A program made the translations under genes and the position numbers. Under the pieces are notes generated by a model. It worked only from the letters and a program-made list of their open reading frames with translations, was not told where the DNA came from and did not search any database. Below, one piece after another: positions 63,498 through 64,000 of a stretch of 64,000 nt of DNA. Source of the DNA: Podarcis filfolensis (lineage: Eukaryota); the NCBI GenBank assembly GCA_964270895.1, contig OZ185445.1. One strand, written 5' to 3'. The number at the start of each line of letters is the position of its first letter. Positions within the stretch are counted from its first letter, which is position 1.

Positions 63498-64000
63498 GTA
63501 AGAGTGTTTTTATTTACCCATTCTGTCTTCCTTAAAAAAGCTATCAACTGATTAAAGAACTTAACCATCTACCTATCCACTGTTTGACAGATAAATAAAT
63601 TTGTATTTAATCAAAGTCACATGTGTGTCTATGAGATATTGAAAGAAGTGTACAATAAACTGCAGTGCAATCCACATGTTTACACGGAAATAGGTTCCAA
63701 TATATTATGAGATGCTTACTTGTAGGAATGTATATTTAGGGTTGAAATTCTGAAAGTTAATGAACAAAAACTCGTGAATAGGAGGAAAGCAAAAAGCAGA
63801 TCCCTACTCAAGAATTTCCAAACTAAATTTGAAGTTAGGCAAACAGTTTTGATTAAATATGCATGTGATTATTATGTCCTGCTGCACCCCTATCCACACT
63901 TACTAAGAGCCAGCCACACTAAATTCAGTGGAACTCACTTCAAGGAAAACATGGACATGATTATGTTGGATTACATTTTTTTACTTCTAACCGTTTCATA

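Noticed and set aside
63498-64000. Search for granzyme exon 5 (GDSGGP)
   Set aside because: No such motif found in the remaining 500 bp. Assumed to lie beyond the window, so this is not evidence of pseudogenisation.

Overview
Vertebrate genomic DNA, most likely from a squamate lizard (lacertid-like, inferred from the SINE/CR1/L2/hAT repeat complement). Three spliced genes can be assembled by hand with canonical GT-AG junctions and consistent phases. (1) The last 14 coding exons of MTREX (SKIV2L2/MTR4 exosome helicase) lie on + at 573-24099. (2) The last 3 coding exons of PLPP1 (lipid phosphate phosphatase 1) lie on - at 24537-43275, convergent with MTREX, with only 437 bp between the two stop codons. 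(3) Exons 1-4 of a granzyme A-like trypsin-type serine protease lie on + at 57865-63497; exon 5, carrying Ser195, is beyond the window. No PLPP1 exon 3 is found between 43276 and 64000, so the granzyme appears nested antisense inside PLPP1 intron 3, unlike the human arrangement. The rest is intronic and contains hAT and Tc1/mariner-type MITEs (several with clear TIRs and target-site duplications), tRNA-derived SINEs, CR1 and L2 remnants, and microsatellites. Almost all supplied ORFs are chance or exon-read-through frames. Homology statements come from recall of the families, not from database searches.
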